A stretch of DNA of 64,000 bases from an uncultured delta proteobacterium (lineage in GTDB: Bacteria; Desulfobacterota; Binatia; UBA9968), in contig CAVUVW010000013.1 in the NCBI GenBank assembly GCA_963745035.1, positions 1,440,001-1,504,000 on the forward strand, given 5' to 3'. The position numbers and the translations under genes are program-made. A model generated the notes under the pieces. The model did not search any database. It saw nothing but the letters and a program-made list of their open reading frames with translations, and had not been told where the DNA came from. Below are positions 11,835 to 23,176 of this stretch, piece by piece (positions within the stretch are counted from its first letter, which is position 1; each line of letters begins with the position of its first letter).

Positions 11835-12248
11835 ATGAACGGTTTGGAAAACGACCAGAGCGAAAACGGCGCGCCGCGATTTACGCAGCCGTTCAAAGAA
11901 CTGCTGGCCGTTTTGTCCTCCGCGTTGCATACGCGCCTCGATTTGTTCGTCGTTGAGCTCCATGAAGAACTCGAACGGACAAAACAAACCCTGGCGCTCT
12001 TTCTGCTGTTACTCTGCGCCGCCAGTGTGGGTTTTGTCCTCCTGAATGTCTTTCTCGTCGCGCTGTTCTGGCAAAACGGCTGGATCGCCGCAATCGGTAT
12101 ACTGGCACTTGTTTATTTCAGCGTAGCCGCGTTCGCCGCGATCAAGCTCCGCGGCGCAACCCTTAGACCCGACGGTCTCTTCCCTGCGACCTTGACCGAG
12201 CTCGCCAAGGACCGCGACTGCTTGAGAACCGAAGCCCGTGAACAGTAA
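11835..12248 (+). CDS. YqjE/phage holin 3-6 family membrane protein
   Basis: LHTRLDLFVVELHEE, two TM helices, FPATLTELAKDR; position after DUF883. Confidence 0.8.
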   Translation: MNGLENDQSENGAPRFTQPFKELLAVLSSALHTRLDLFVVELHEELERTKQTLALFLLLLCAASVGFVLLNVFLVALFWQNGWIAAIGILALVYFSVAAFAAIKLRGATLRPDGLFPATLTELAKDRDCLRTEAREQ

Positions 12249-12543
12249 GCGTTTCGAAGATCTCGCCCGACGCAAGCAAGCGCTCATCGCGCGAGCAGCG
12301 TACGAGCGCGCCGAGCTTGGCATTGCCTACGAAAACCTGTGCTCGTCTCTCAATATCAACCAAGTTTTGTTTGGCATCGGCCACACTTTAAAGGCTCACC
12401 CGCTAATCACTGCCGGGATTTCGAGCGTTCTCGTGAGCGGGATGGCGGGAAAACTGCTCCGCGGCGCCGGCCAAGCCGTGGCGCTTTCACGATTGGCGCT
12501 GCCGCTTTGGTCCTGGTTGAAAAGCCGGCGGGGATCTTCTTAG
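12238..12543 (+). CDS. YqjK-like protein
   Basis: LARRKQALIARAAYERAEL; third gene of a yqjDEK-like triplet. Confidence 0.7.
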   Translation: MNSKRFEDLARRKQALIARAAYERAELGIAYENLCSSLNINQVLFGIGHTLKAHPLITAGISSVLVSGMAGKLLRGAGQAVALSRLALPLWSWLKSRRGSS

Positions 12544-12546
12544 ACG

Positions 12547-12583
12547 TTGAACATTTTTGAACGGCTTGAACGGTTTGAACGGC
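12547..12583. repeat. TTGAACnnn 9-mer tandem array x4
   Basis: TTGAAC at 12547, 12557, 12566 and 12575, between convergent genes. Confidence 0.8.
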
Positions 12584-12596
12584 ATCTATTCAGAAA

Positions 12597-14273
12597 TCAT
12601 TCCGTCCGCGCCCTTTCGACTTTTCTCGGGTCCGCCGCGCCGTCCATCCGCCTGCCCTCCCAAGTAATGGCCTGCACCACTCCGAGGGAAGTCTGCTCTC
12701 TCAGCATATGACCGCGCTGTTGTAGCGCCGTCTTCGCCTCCGCCGTGATTCCCGGCTCGACATTCAACCGGTCCGGCAGCCATTGATGATGGACGCGCGG
12801 CGACGAAACCGCCGGTGCGACGGGCATGCCGAAATCGAGAATATTCAAAATGGATTGCAAGGTCGCCGTAATAATACGCGGCCCGCCTGCCGCGCCGATC
12901 ACCACCTCCGGGCGGTTTCCTCGCAAAATAATGGTCGGCGACATGCTGCTGAGCGGCCGCTTCCCGGGCTTGAGCGAATTCGCCTCGTTGCCGAAAAGCC
13001 CGTAGACATTCCCCGTTTCAGGATGGATCGCGAAGTCGTCCATCTCGTTGTTGAGCACGATGCCGGCGCGGCGCACAAGGAGCTTGGAACCGAAGCGCGT
13101 GTTGACCGATTGGGTGCAGGCCACGGCATTGCCAAAGCGGTCGATCACGCTGAAATGAGTCGTGCCGCCTTTTTCGGCGTTGAAATTGTGGTAACCGTAG
13201 TACGCCGGCGGCTGGGTTTTGTCCATCACGATGCGCTTGCGAATCCATGCGGCATAATTTTTTCCGGTCAACTTGCCAACCGGCACGTGAACAAAATCAG
13301 GATCGCCAAGAAACTGGGCGCGGTCGGCAAAGGCGTGCTTCATCGCTTCGCTCAGGAGATGCAGATACGCAGGCGAGTTGTGCTGCAAATCTTCAAGCTT
13401 GTAAGCTTCGAGAGTGTTGAGCATTTGGAGAATCGCCACGCCGCCCGAGCTCGGCGGCGGCATGGCGATCACCTTGCGGTCTCGATACGTGCCGATCAGC
13501 GGCTCGCGCCATACGGGCCGGTAATTTTTAAGATCGTCGAGGGTCATCACCCCGCCGGCTTTTTTGATTGTTGCGACGATTGTTTGACCGATCCAGCCAC
13601 GGTAGAAAACCGCCGCGCCCTCCTTGGCGATCGCCGTGAGCGTTTCCGCCAACTCCGACTGCCGGATCAAATCGCCATCTTTGGGCATCTCGCCGTTGGG
13701 CATGTAGATCCGGCCGAGGTCCGGAAACTTTTTCATGTTCTCGCGATGGCGCTCGATGGCGACGCGTAATGCCGGATCGAGAGGAAATCCCCCATCGGCG
13801 AGTTTGATCGCCGGCGCGGCCAACGTGGACAGCGGCAAGCTACCGAAGCGCCTGCGCGCTTCGATCAGGCCAGCGGCTTCTCCGGGCACCGCGACGGCGA
13901 GCGCGCCCGTGAGGCTGGCGGACGGCACCGCCTGGCCGTCTTTCATGTAGAGCTCGCGCCGCGCAGCCGCCGGCGCGGTTTCGCGGAAATCGAGCGCAAA
14001 AGCTTTTTTCTCCTTGGCAATATAGATCACCATAAAACCGCCGCCGCCGAGACCCGAGGATGCTTGATCGACGACGGAAAGCGCTAAGGCGGTGGCAACT
14101 GCGGCATCCACTGCGTTGCCGCCGCGCTTGAGAATTTCCATCCCGGCGGCGCTCGCAAGCTCGCTGTCCGCGACGACCAAGCCCGCCTGTGACTGGATCG
14201 TGCGCCCGCCGGCGTCGCTCTGAAGAAATGTGAGAACTAAAAGGAACGAGAGAAGTATTCGAAGTCGCATCAT
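12597..14273 (-). CDS. ggt: Gamma-glutamyltransferase (signal peptide)
   Basis: GGNAVDAAVA, SSGLGGGGF, DFRETAP, GTTHFSVID (Thr nucleophile), LNNEMDDF, PGKRPLSSMSP. Confidence 0.96.
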   Translation of the reverse strand: MMRLRILLSFLLVLTFLQSDAGGRTIQSQAGLVVADSELASAAGMEILKRGGNAVDAAVATALALSVVDQASSGLGGGGFMVIYIAKEKKAFALDFRETAPAAARRELYMKDGQAVPSASLTGALAVAVPGEAAGLIEARRRFGSLPLSTLAAPAIKLADGGFPLDPALRVAIERHRENMKKFPDLGRIYMPNGEMPKDGDLIRQSELAETLTAIAKEGAAVFYRGWIGQTIVATIKKAGGVMTLDDLKNYRPVWREPLIGTYRDRKVIAMPPPSSGGVAILQMLNTLEAYKLEDLQHNSPAYLHLLSEAMKHAFADRAQFLGDPDFVHVPVGKLTGKNYAAWIRKRIVMDKTQPPAYYGYHNFNAEKGGTTHFSVIDRFGNAVACTQSVNTRFGSKLLVRRAGIVLNNEMDDFAIHPETGNVYGLFGNEANSLKPGKRPLSSMSPTIILRGNRPEVVIGAAGGPRIITATLQSILNILDFGMPVAPAVSSPRVHHQWLPDRLNVEPGITAEAKTALQQRGHMLREQTSLGVVQAITWEGRRMDGAADPRKVERARTE

Positions 14274-14447
14274 CGGCGGTAGGCAGTCCGTTTTGGTTTA
14301 ATGCTTTGCACCCGGATTTGCAACTTGAGTTGAGCGGCGCACGACCTATCGACCTGCAAAGGCAACCAGCGTCATTTCTCTTGCGCTTGCCGAACGGTTA
14401 TTTCATATTGTCGTCTACTCTCTCCGTGTGCCGGCCGACAGTTTATC

Positions 14448-17400
14448 ATGCAAACGATTTTAGGACCCTTTCATCCCGATCTGGAAAACGCTTTCGTCGA
14501 CGAAATCTTAAAATACAAGAACGCCGACTTGCTTTGCCCGCTCTTGGTGATTACACCCTCCGACTTGCTGCGCCGGCGCCTGAAAATTCTCTTGAGCCGG
14601 GAGCGGCGTCTGTCGCTGCTCAACGTTCAGCTCTTGACCTTCTACCAGCTCGCCCTCAAGCTCCAGGAAGAAAACAGCCGCGCGCCGCTCAAGCTCCGGA
14701 GCGATCTTTTTCTCGAAGAAGCGCTGCGCCAAATCATTCGGCAGCGCCAACCCGGCGCCGAGCCTTTCGCCGGCATCGAGGAGCGCGCCGGCGGCTGCGC
14801 CGCGCTGTGGCAAACCCTGCGCGATCTGCGCGACGGACTGGTCGATGCCAACGTCGCGCTCGAAGCCCTCACCGAAGGCCATTTCAGCCGGCGCGCCAGC
14901 GAGCGTACGTCGGAGTTGTTGGTCTTGCTGCGCGCGTTCCAACAGTTTTGCCGCCGACAAAACATCGCCGATCAATCCGATCTCAACCGCCGTGCCATCG
15001 AGCAAGCCCCGGCGTCGAGTTTTTTGAAGCAGTTCAGCCGGGTTTTTTATTACGGCTTTTACGACCTGACGCAGATCCAGTTGGATTTTTTTCACACCGT
15101 CGCGCGCCACTATCCCGCTACCTTGTTTTTTCCTCTCCTGACCGCCCAGCCAAAACACGACGCCTGGAGCTTCGCGGAACGCTTCTACGAGCGCTACATC
15201 CAGGGGCACAACAGCGAAGCGGCGCAAGCGCCGGCGCCGAAAACTGCCCTGCCCGCGGCGGCGCGCCTCTTCGACGAGGTCAAAGCCCGCAACTACTCGG
15301 ACTTTCCAAAGCACTGGCAATGTCGGATCACGAGCGCGTTTGGCGCCAAAGATGAAGTCGCCGTGGCGGCCAAGGAAATTCTCCGGCTCACCGAGGCCGG
15401 CGAAATACCTTTTCATGAGATCGGCGTCGTTGCCCGGAGTCTCGATTCCTACGGGCCGGCCATCCAAGACATTTTTCATCAGCACCGCATCCCGCTTGCC
15501 GGTGCTCTCGAGGAACCGCTGACGCAAGCGCCGCTGACGAAAGCGGTCATCTTGCTCTTGAATCTGCCGGCCAAAGACTTTCTGCGCAGCCAGGTGATCG
15601 ATCTGCTCTCTTCGCCCTATTTTCGATTTCAAAATATCGCTGAAAATCGGTCTTTGATCCGTCCCGATCTCTGGGATCTCGCCACCCGCGAGCTCGCCAT
15701 TTGCAAGGGCGTGGCCGAGTGGCGCCGGCTGCGCCGCTACAGCCGTCGTGACTTGGAGCTGCGGCGAATATCCGATGATGATGAGCCGCGCAAAATCCGT
15801 GTTCTTTCGGCGCAGATGATCTCGCTCGCGAATATTGTCGATATGCTGATCGCCGACCTGCTGCGCTTGCCGGAGCAAGCTTCATGGCAGGAATACGCGG
15901 CGGCCTGGAAGGTCTTGCTGGAGAAATATCTTGGCATTGCCGATGTCGAAACGTCGGCGCCGGGCATGAATTCGGAGCCCCACAAAACGATTCTCGATAT
16001 CCTGGACCAGCTCACCGGTCTCGATAGCGTCGATAACCGCGTCGCGCTCGGCGATTTTGCCCACACTTTTCAGCACTGGCTCGAACGCTCCAGCGTCGCC
16101 GCAGATCGGCGCAACATCGACGGCGTCATGGTGCTCAATGCCGCCGCGGCGCGTGGGCTGCCGTTCCGCGCGCTCTTTGTGCTCGGCATGAACGAAGGCG
16201 TTTTTCCGCGCACGATTCGCGAAGACGCCTTCCTGCGCGATCGCGACCGGGAAGTGCTCGAGCGCGATCTCGGCTACAAGGTGAGCCCGAAACTCACCGC
16301 CTTCGACGAAGAGAAATTGCTGTTCACCCTGCTCGCCGGTGCTGCGCGCGAGCGGCTCTATTGCTCGTTTCAAAGAGCGGACGAGAGCGGCAGAGCGCTG
16401 GCACCGTCCTGGTACATCGGCGAGCTCAAGCGCGCCCTCGACGATAGTGGCGGCCGATACGAAACGGTAGATATCCCGCGCAGCATCACTGAGAAAGCCG
16501 CCACCGCGCCATTCGACCGGCAAGATTTATTACTGCCGCAAGAACTGGCGATTCGCCTGACGCTCGAAGGACGCGATCCCACCGCGCTGGTCGAAGCCGC
16601 GGCTTTACTGCCGGCGCTTTACAAACAAGGACGCCAAGCCGCCGCCGCAATCGACCAAAGCGGCGACCGTCTCCTTGCGTACGACGGCGCGCTCGCCGGC
16701 TTCGACGATTACTGGAAACACTTTTCCGAGCGCGGCTTGTCACCGACCGCGCTCGAAACCTACGCCCGCTGCCCGTTTCAATTTTTCGCGCGCCACGTGC
16801 TCGGCTTGGCCCCGCTGGATCGTCCCGAAGAGGTTCTCGGACCGAGCCCCGCGGAGTTCGGCGAGTTGGGACATAAAATCTTGAACTCGTTTTACCATGC
16901 TCTGATCGACGGCGGCTACTTCGCGGGTAAAACGGCAAAAGTGGATGTGGAGTCCACGTTGCAGGGCGTTGCAGCCCAGGCCTTCGCCGACTATGAAGAA
17001 AATCATCCGATCGGTTACCCGCTCGCCTGGGAAAGCCTCAAAGAGAGTATCCTCCAACTACTGCGTCAAGTGATCGCCCAGGATGTGGCCGAGCTTGCGA
17101 ACTCCGGGTTTGCTCCCGTGAGTTTGGAAACTTCTGTGACTGCCCGTCTGCCGGCCGACTGGCCGGAGCCGCTGAAAAGCTTGGCGATCCGCGGCCGCAT
17201 GGATCGCATCGACCGTAAAGACGACGCTCTGCGGGTGATCGATTATAAGTTCAAGTTTGGCGCAAGCCCGGCGACCCAAGACAAGAACCTTGTGCGCGCC
17301 GCGCTGCGCGGCGAGCGCTTGCAGCCGCCGTTCTACTACTTGCTCGCGCAACGCTGGGCCGAGGAGCAACTCCTCAATCCATTACCGGCCGTCATCGAAG

Positions 17401-17714
17401 CGGATTTTTACTTCATCGCGCAGCGCTGGTCCGGCGGTCCGCTGGCCTCGGCAACCTACGACAGCAAAGGACTCGCCGGCAAAGCCGGCGCCGAAACCAA
17501 GCAAACCATCGCCTATCTCGCGGACGGCGTGCGCCGGGGGCGCTTCTTTATCAATCGCGGCGAGTACTGCGGCCATTGCGACGCGGCGCCGATCTGCCGG
17601 AAAAACCACCCGCCAAGCCTGTGGCGCGTTGACAGCGACCCGGTGACCGAGCCTCATCGCGCCTTGCGCAAAAAAGATCATGAAGACGATGACGACGAGC
17701 CAGACTCCGAATAA
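14448..17714 (+). CDS. addB: AddB/RexB-like helicase-nuclease subunit with PD-(D/E)xK nuclease and Fe-S cysteines
   Basis: Degenerate UvrD-like N-terminus; LSPTALETYARCPF, RGRMDRID, VIDYK, LQPPFY, CGHCDAAPIC. Confidence 0.85.
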   Translation: MQTILGPFHPDLENAFVDEILKYKNADLLCPLLVITPSDLLRRRLKILLSRERRLSLLNVQLLTFYQLALKLQEENSRAPLKLRSDLFLEEALRQIIRQRQPGAEPFAGIEERAGGCAALWQTLRDLRDGLVDANVALEALTEGHFSRRASERTSELLVLLRAFQQFCRRQNIADQSDLNRRAIEQAPASSFLKQFSRVFYYGFYDLTQIQLDFFHTVARHYPATLFFPLLTAQPKHDAWSFAERFYERYIQGHNSEAAQAPAPKTALPAAARLFDEVKARNYSDFPKHWQCRITSAFGAKDEVAVAAKEILRLTEAGEIPFHEIGVVARSLDSYGPAIQDIFHQHRIPLAGALEEPLTQAPLTKAVILLLNLPAKDFLRSQVIDLLSSPYFRFQNIAENRSLIRPDLWDLATRELAICKGVAEWRRLRRYSRRDLELRRISDDDEPRKIRVLSAQMISLANIVDMLIADLLRLPEQASWQEYAAAWKVLLEKYLGIADVETSAPGMNSEPHKTILDILDQLTGLDSVDNRVALGDFAHTFQHWLERSSVAADRRNIDGVMVLNAAAARGLPFRALFVLGMNEGVFPRTIREDAFLRDRDREVLERDLGYKVSPKLTAFDEEKLLFTLLAGAARERLYCSFQRADESGRALAPSWYIGELKRALDDSGGRYETVDIPRSITEKAATAPFDRQDLLLPQELAIRLTLEGRDPTALVEAAALLPALYKQGRQAAAAIDQSGDRLLAYDGALAGFDDYWKHFSERGLSPTALETYARCPFQFFARHVLGLAPLDRPEEVLGPSPAEFGELGHKILNSFYHALIDGGYFAGKTAKVDVESTLQGVAAQAFADYEENHPIGYPLAWESLKESILQLLRQVIAQDVAELANSGFAPVSLETSVTARLPADWPEPLKSLAIRGRMDRIDRKDDALRVIDYKFKFGASPATQDKNLVRAALRGERLQPPFYYLLAQRWAEEQLLNPLPAVIEADFYFIAQRWSGGPLASATYDSKGLAGKAGAETKQTIAYLADGVRRGRFFINRGEYCGHCDAAPICRKNHPPSLWRVDSDPVTEPHRALRKKDHEDDDDEPDSE

Positions 17715-20700
17715 GCTTGGCGATGCCGGCGATCGCCAAATCGCCGTCGCCACCTTCGACCGCAATCTCGTGGTTACAGCGGGTGCAGGCACCGGCAAGA
17801 CCACGCTGTTGATCGATCGTTTGATTCACTTGCTGCTGCGCAATCCCGAGCCGCTGAAGATTACCGAGATCGTCGCCCTGACCTTCACCAACAAAGCCGC
17901 CGATGAAATGAAGCTCAGGCTGCGCCAACGCCTGCAGGCTTTCCTCGATATCCGGCTCGACCGCGAGCCCGCCGGCGATGCCGAGGAGAAAATCAAACTC
18001 GAGGTGGAGGCGCTGATCACGCTCTATCAACTTTCCAAAGACGAATTGGACGGCCGCATCCATGACGCGCTCCGAAACGTGGAACGGAGCGATATCGGCA
18101 CGATCCACAGCTTCGCCGCCAGCCTGCTCCGCCTTTACCCGCTCGAAGCGGGCGTCGATCCGCAGTTTCACGAGGACGACGGCGCGGCCTTCGATCGGCT
18201 TTTCGATGATCATTGGGATCTCTGGATGGATCAGGAACTTTCTTTGCGCAGCCCGCACGCAGAGGACTGGCAGAAAATTCTCCCGCGCTGCCGCCTCGAT
18301 CACATCAAAGCTCTGGCTAAATCGATTGCGGCGGAACACATCGATCTTGGCAGCAATCCCAATGGATCGAACGGCGTCCCCGCCATCCTGCGCGAGTGGC
18401 TGGCCAAGCTCGATGCCAAAGCCGCCGCGCTCATCGAGCGCCATCCCGAGGACCGGCTAAACGAGAAACTCATCCGCGCCGCCCGTAATGTGATCGGCGA
18501 GTTTGGAAAACCCGGGCAGCAACTCAATCCAGCGGCGCAAGAATGCGTTTTCTTATCCGAGAAGGCGATCAGTCGAAGTACCCAAGGCTGGTCGCACGAA
18601 GACGCCACTCTGGCTCAAGAGCTCGTTCGCGCCGCCAGGGGGCTTGTTCGTGTCGACGACGAACTCACTGCCATGCTCCGGCGCTTGCTGCTCCCCTACG
18701 CCGACGATTTTCGCGAGCGCTTCATCCGCGAAGGTCATTTATCTTTTGACGGCCTGCTCGTGCGCGCACGCGATCTCGTACGCGACCAGGCGCGCGTGCG
18801 CGCCGACCTCAAGCGGCGCTACCGCGCGATTCTGATCGACGAGTTTCAGGATACAGATCCGATCCAGTATGAGATTCTCCTCTACCTGGCCGAACAAGCC
18901 GGCCAGGCGGCGAAGGATTGGCGCCGGGTAAAAGTCGCTCCTGGAAAACTCTTTGTGGTCGGCGACCCGAAGCAATCGATCTACGCTTTTCGCCGCGCCG
19001 ACATCGAAGCCTACCTCGAAGTCGTCGAAAAGATCATCAAGGCGCAGAACGGCCTCGAATGCCGGCTCACCACCAACTTTCGCAGCAATGCGGCGATCCT
19101 CGACGGGGTGAACGGCGCGTTTGAAAATCTCATCCAAGCGCAACACGGTATGCAGCCGCCCTATATCGCCATCCATCCCGCGCCCGGTCGAGCCGCCGCG
19201 CCGAGCGACTTTCCCAACCTGGTGGTGCGAAAGATCATTGCGGAGAAGGAGATCAATGCCGAAACCGCGCGCCGTCTTGAAGGCGAGAGCCTGGCGCGCT
19301 GGCTCAGGGAGCAGATCTTAGGCAAGCTCACGATTCTGAACGCGCGCGGCGAAGCGGTGTACGCTCAAGCGAAAGATGTGGCCATTCTGCTGCGCAAGCT
19401 TACCGACATCCACGATTATCTGGAGCCCCTGCGACGGCAGGGAATTCGTTACGTCGTCGAAGGCGAACGGCACTTTTATGCAGCCAAGGAAATCATCGAT
19501 GCTGTCAATTTGCTGCGCGCGGTGGAAAATCCCCACGACCGTCTGGCCCTGGTCGGCGTGCTGCGCTCGCCGCTCGGCGCCCTCACCGACCAGCAAATTT
19601 ATGAGCTGCACCGGCAAAACCTGCTCGATTATCGCGCTGGAGAAAAATTCAGCGGCGGCGATTTCCCCGCGACCCTCGTCCAGCTTTACGATGCGCTCGC
19701 CCGCTTGCACGAAGAGACCCGCACGTTACCCATCGGCGCCGCGGTCGCCCATGTCTTCGCCACCTTGCCGGTGGAGTTGCTGGCGGCTTGCTATTTTCAC
19801 GGCGAGCAGGCGGTGGCCAATCTGCAAAAGCTCGCACGACAGGCCGAGCTCCTCGGCCGTGAAGGATTGACCACCCTCAAAGAAGCGATTCGCCAACTCG
19901 AAAAGCGTGTGCTCGACGTCAAGGATGAAGGCGAGAGCGTGCTCGCCGAAGAGAACCTCGACGCCGTGCGCATCATGAGCATACACAAAGCCAAAGGCCT
20001 GGAGTTTCCGATCGTCATTTTGGCCGGCTGCCAGAGCGGCATCGAAGGCGCGCGCAACGCCGATGCCGAAGCGATGTTCGATTGGTCGACAGGCCTCACG
20101 GGTCTGCGCATCGGGACGATTACGGATCTCGCCGGGCTTTACATCGCGGAGAAATCCCGGCTCCGAAGCGCCGAGGAACAAAAGCGCCTGCTCTACGTCG
20201 CGATGACGAGGGCGAGAGAAAATCTGATCATCTCCTGCGCGCCGGGCAGCCGGCGCGCAAACGGCAGTTTCCTCTCCATGCTCGACGGCACGCTCGACGA
20301 TCGCATCAGCGCCGCCGAATCATCGCAGATCATTTCCCTCGGCCGCGGCACCATAGCCGTCGAAGTCGTGAGCGAGAACTTGACCGCGCCGCGCGGCGCT
20401 CGAGCCAAAACCGCCGGCGCGAAGCAAAAACACGATTGGCAGCCGTTTATCGACACCTGGGCGCGCCGCGCCGCGGCCTATGAGAAAGCGCGGCAATCGG
20501 CGCCGTTTCTCACGCCGACCCAACTCAAACGGCAAGAAGAAGCATTGACCGAAGCCGGCGACCAGATGATCAAGGAACCCTACCGCCAAAGCCCGGCGCT
20601 CGTCGTCGGCGATCTGGCGCACCGGTTTCTACAAAGCTGGGACTTTGGCGCCGATCGAAAAGCTTTCGAGCGCCCGCTTCTTGATTTGATCACGCCAGGC

Positions 20701-21109
20701 GCTGCCGGCGGAATTCGCCGCATCCCGCCGGGAAATTGAAGCAGACCTTCAAGATATTTTTCGCGCTTTCTTTCGCTCGAAGACGTACACCGACATCGCG
20801 CAGTCGGAGATCCTCGGCCGCGAAGTGCCGCTTGTCATGCCCTGGAACGGCCAGGTCATGGAAGGCGTAATCGATCTGATCTACCAGCGAAACGGCTTGC
20901 TTTATCTCGCCGACTATAAGACTGATCGAATCGAAAAAAAGCGTTTGAGCGAAACCGCCGCTCGTTATCACCGACAAGCGGAGATCTATTCACAAGCCGC
21001 GCGCCAGAGTCTTGGACGAGAGCCGGCCGGCTTCAAGATTATTTTTCTCCGTCTCGGCGAAAGCGTTGAGATCGGCGCAGGAAAAAATCAGCAATTGGCG
21101 CTGCTTTGA
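17680..21109 (+). CDS. addA: AddA/RexA UvrD-type helicase-nuclease (frameshifts near 20690-20780)
   Basis: AGAGTGKT, LTFTNKAA, IDEFQDT, VGDPKQSIYAFR, MSIHKAKGLEF, LLYVAMTRA; nuclease EGVIDLI...ADYKT in 20825..21109. Confidence 0.9.
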
Positions 21110-21117
21110 GGAGTATC

Positions 21118-21723
21118 ATGCGAATCTGTTTTTTTGATATCGAAACCGTTCCCACCGACCGCTCTCTACAAGAAAACGGCTTGCTCGAGCCGCAAATCCA
21201 GCTCAACGAAGCTGATCTCATCAAAAAACTCAGCCTCTCCGCCGCCACGGCGAAGATTCTTTGCATCGGTTACGCCATCGAGCCGCCGGTGGATTCTGAA
21301 GTCCAAGTGTTGGAGGGCGAAGAAACCGAGATTATCAAAAGCTTTTGGCAACTGGCCGCCGACTGCGAGCTCTTCGTCGGCCACAATATTTTGGATTTCG
21401 ACTTGCGCTTCATCTACCAGCGCTCGGTCATTCATCAGATCAAGCCCTCGCGCGACCTCCCGTTTGCGCGTTTTCGCAACGCGCCGATCTTCGACACCAT
21501 GCAGGAATGGAGCAAGTGGGGTCGCGAGCACGCGAGTCTCGATCTGCTGTCGAAAACTTTCGGTCTACCCTCGCCGAAAGAGAGCCTCGACGGCTCAAAG
21601 GTCTATCCCTATTACCGTACGGGAAAATTCGCCGAGATCGCCAACTACTGCAAGTGCGACGTCGATTCGGTGCGTCAAGTTTATCGCTGGCTTACGTTTA
21701 CGAAAATGCCGGGGCCGGCTTAG
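21118..21723 (+). CDS. DEDDy 3'-5' exonuclease (PolB exonuclease-like, RNase H fold)
   Basis: FFDIET (ExoI), GHNILDFD (ExoII), YCKCDV (ExoIII). Confidence 0.85.
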   Translation: MRICFFDIETVPTDRSLQENGLLEPQIQLNEADLIKKLSLSAATAKILCIGYAIEPPVDSEVQVLEGEETEIIKSFWQLAADCELFVGHNILDFDLRFIYQRSVIHQIKPSRDLPFARFRNAPIFDTMQEWSKWGREHASLDLLSKTFGLPSPKESLDGSKVYPYYRTGKFAEIANYCKCDVDSVRQVYRWLTFTKMPGPA

Positions 21724-21881
21724 AAATACTTTCACGCGAGACATTTGTCTCCTCGCTCGATCTCACGTTTGACTCCCCGTTCGCCAATCTATAATAATTG
21801 ATGCAATCCGCTGGGCTTGAGCATTACGGCGTCACGCCGCATCGTAGATTCCAAAAAGATCGAGGAGGACAAGGAGACATT

Positions 21882-23078
21882 ATGGATCATCCTGCTGAGC
21901 AAAATTTCAAGGAACCGACAGACAAAAAGACCCGGGCCGGCTATGGAAAATTCCTTCGCCCCAACACGCCCTATGACAACTTCATGGAGGCCCAGGGCAT
22001 TCCGATTTATCGCGACATCGGTGTGCGCCGGGTGCAGGATCTGCCACGCAAACCGTGGAAGCGCATGGGCGGCAGCGGCACGTTCATCCAGTTGCTTGGC
22101 ACCGAAGGCCTCTGGGGTTCCTACGTCGTCGAAGTTCCCGGCGCCGGCGCGCTCAATCCCGAAAAGCATCTCTACGAAGAGCAGTATCTCGTCGTCGACG
22201 GCCGCGGTACGACCGAGGTTTGGGTTGACGGCAATCCCAAGAAGGTCACATTCGAGTGGCAGAAAGGTTCGATCTTCGCCATTCCGATGAATGCTACCCA
22301 TCGCATCGTCAATGCGACGTCCAGCCCGGCGCTCTTGCTCGCCGGGACGACGGCGCCCAACGTGATGAACAACTTTGACCACGAAGAATTTATCTTCAAT
22401 TGCCCTTATCATTTCAAAAATCGTTTCGATCCCAGCGACGACTACTACAAGTACAAAGAAGAAGTGACGCCGGATCCGCTTCGCGGTCTCGCCATGCGCC
22501 AGACGAATATTATTCCCGACGTCATGTCCTGCGAGTTGCCCATGGATAACCGCCGCTCGCCGGGTTATCGCCGCATCGAACCGCACATGGCGGGACAGCA
22601 ATTCTACATGTGGATCGGCCAGCACGAGACAGGCCGTTACTCGAAGGCGCACGCGCACGGTTCCGCTGCGGTGCTGATTTGCTTGAGCGGCAAAGGCTAC
22701 ACCTACACCTGGCCGTCAGAATTGGGTACTCACCCTTGGGAAAAAGGCACGACGGAACAAATCAGACGCCAGGACTACGAACCGGTGGGGATGGTCAGCG
22801 CGGCACCGATGAGCGGCAACTGGTTCCACGCTCATTTCGGAGCGAGCAAAGAACCGTTGCGTCTCACCGCCTGGTTCGGACCCAATGCGCCGGGACGCGA
22901 TCGGGGCAAGCCTGGTGAAAAGGGCATCGACTACGGCGCCATCGACATGAAAGACGGCGGCACAGCGATCCCGTACAACGAAGAAGATCCGTACCTGCGC
23001 AAAGAGTTCGAGGAGACGCTGGCAGCCGTCGGCGCGCAATCGCGCATGGAGCCGGAGCTCTACAAGCACTCCTACTAA
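21882..23078 (+). CDS. Bicupin protein of unknown function
   Basis: Two cupin motif sets: EKHLYEEQYLVVDGRG...IPMNATHRIVN and KAHAHGSAAVLICLSGKG...NWFHAHFG; AGGAG RBS. Confidence 0.8.
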   Translation: MDHPAEQNFKEPTDKKTRAGYGKFLRPNTPYDNFMEAQGIPIYRDIGVRRVQDLPRKPWKRMGGSGTFIQLLGTEGLWGSYVVEVPGAGALNPEKHLYEEQYLVVDGRGTTEVWVDGNPKKVTFEWQKGSIFAIPMNATHRIVNATSSPALLLAGTTAPNVMNNFDHEEFIFNCPYHFKNRFDPSDDYYKYKEEVTPDPLRGLAMRQTNIIPDVMSCELPMDNRRSPGYRRIEPHMAGQQFYMWIGQHETGRYSKAHAHGSAAVLICLSGKGYTYTWPSELGTHPWEKGTTEQIRRQDYEPVGMVSAAPMSGNWFHAHFGASKEPLRLTAWFGPNAPGRDRGKPGEKGIDYGAIDMKDGGTAIPYNEEDPYLRKEFEETLAAVGAQSRMEPELYKHSY

Positions 23079-23104
23079 GAACACTGTCCAGCGTCTCGCG
23101 TCTC

Positions 23105-23132
23105 GTAGGGGCGACCGGTCGGTCGCCCCTAC
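23105..23132. repeat. GTAG-type REP-like palindrome
   Basis: GTAGGGGCGACC-ggtc-GGTCGCCCCTAC; related copy at 52759. Confidence 0.7.
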
Positions 23133-23176
23133 CTGTTACATGAGACGAAAACTCGAATCCCCATCAAAGGACTTTC

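Noticed and set aside
11835-12248. Holin-family gene as prophage evidence
   Set aside because: It lies in a yqjDEK-like cellular triplet and no phage structural or integrase genes are nearby.
14448-21109. Helicase-nuclease pair as a novel defence system or Cas4 locus
   Set aside because: Size, order and motifs match the housekeeping AddAB recombination complex.
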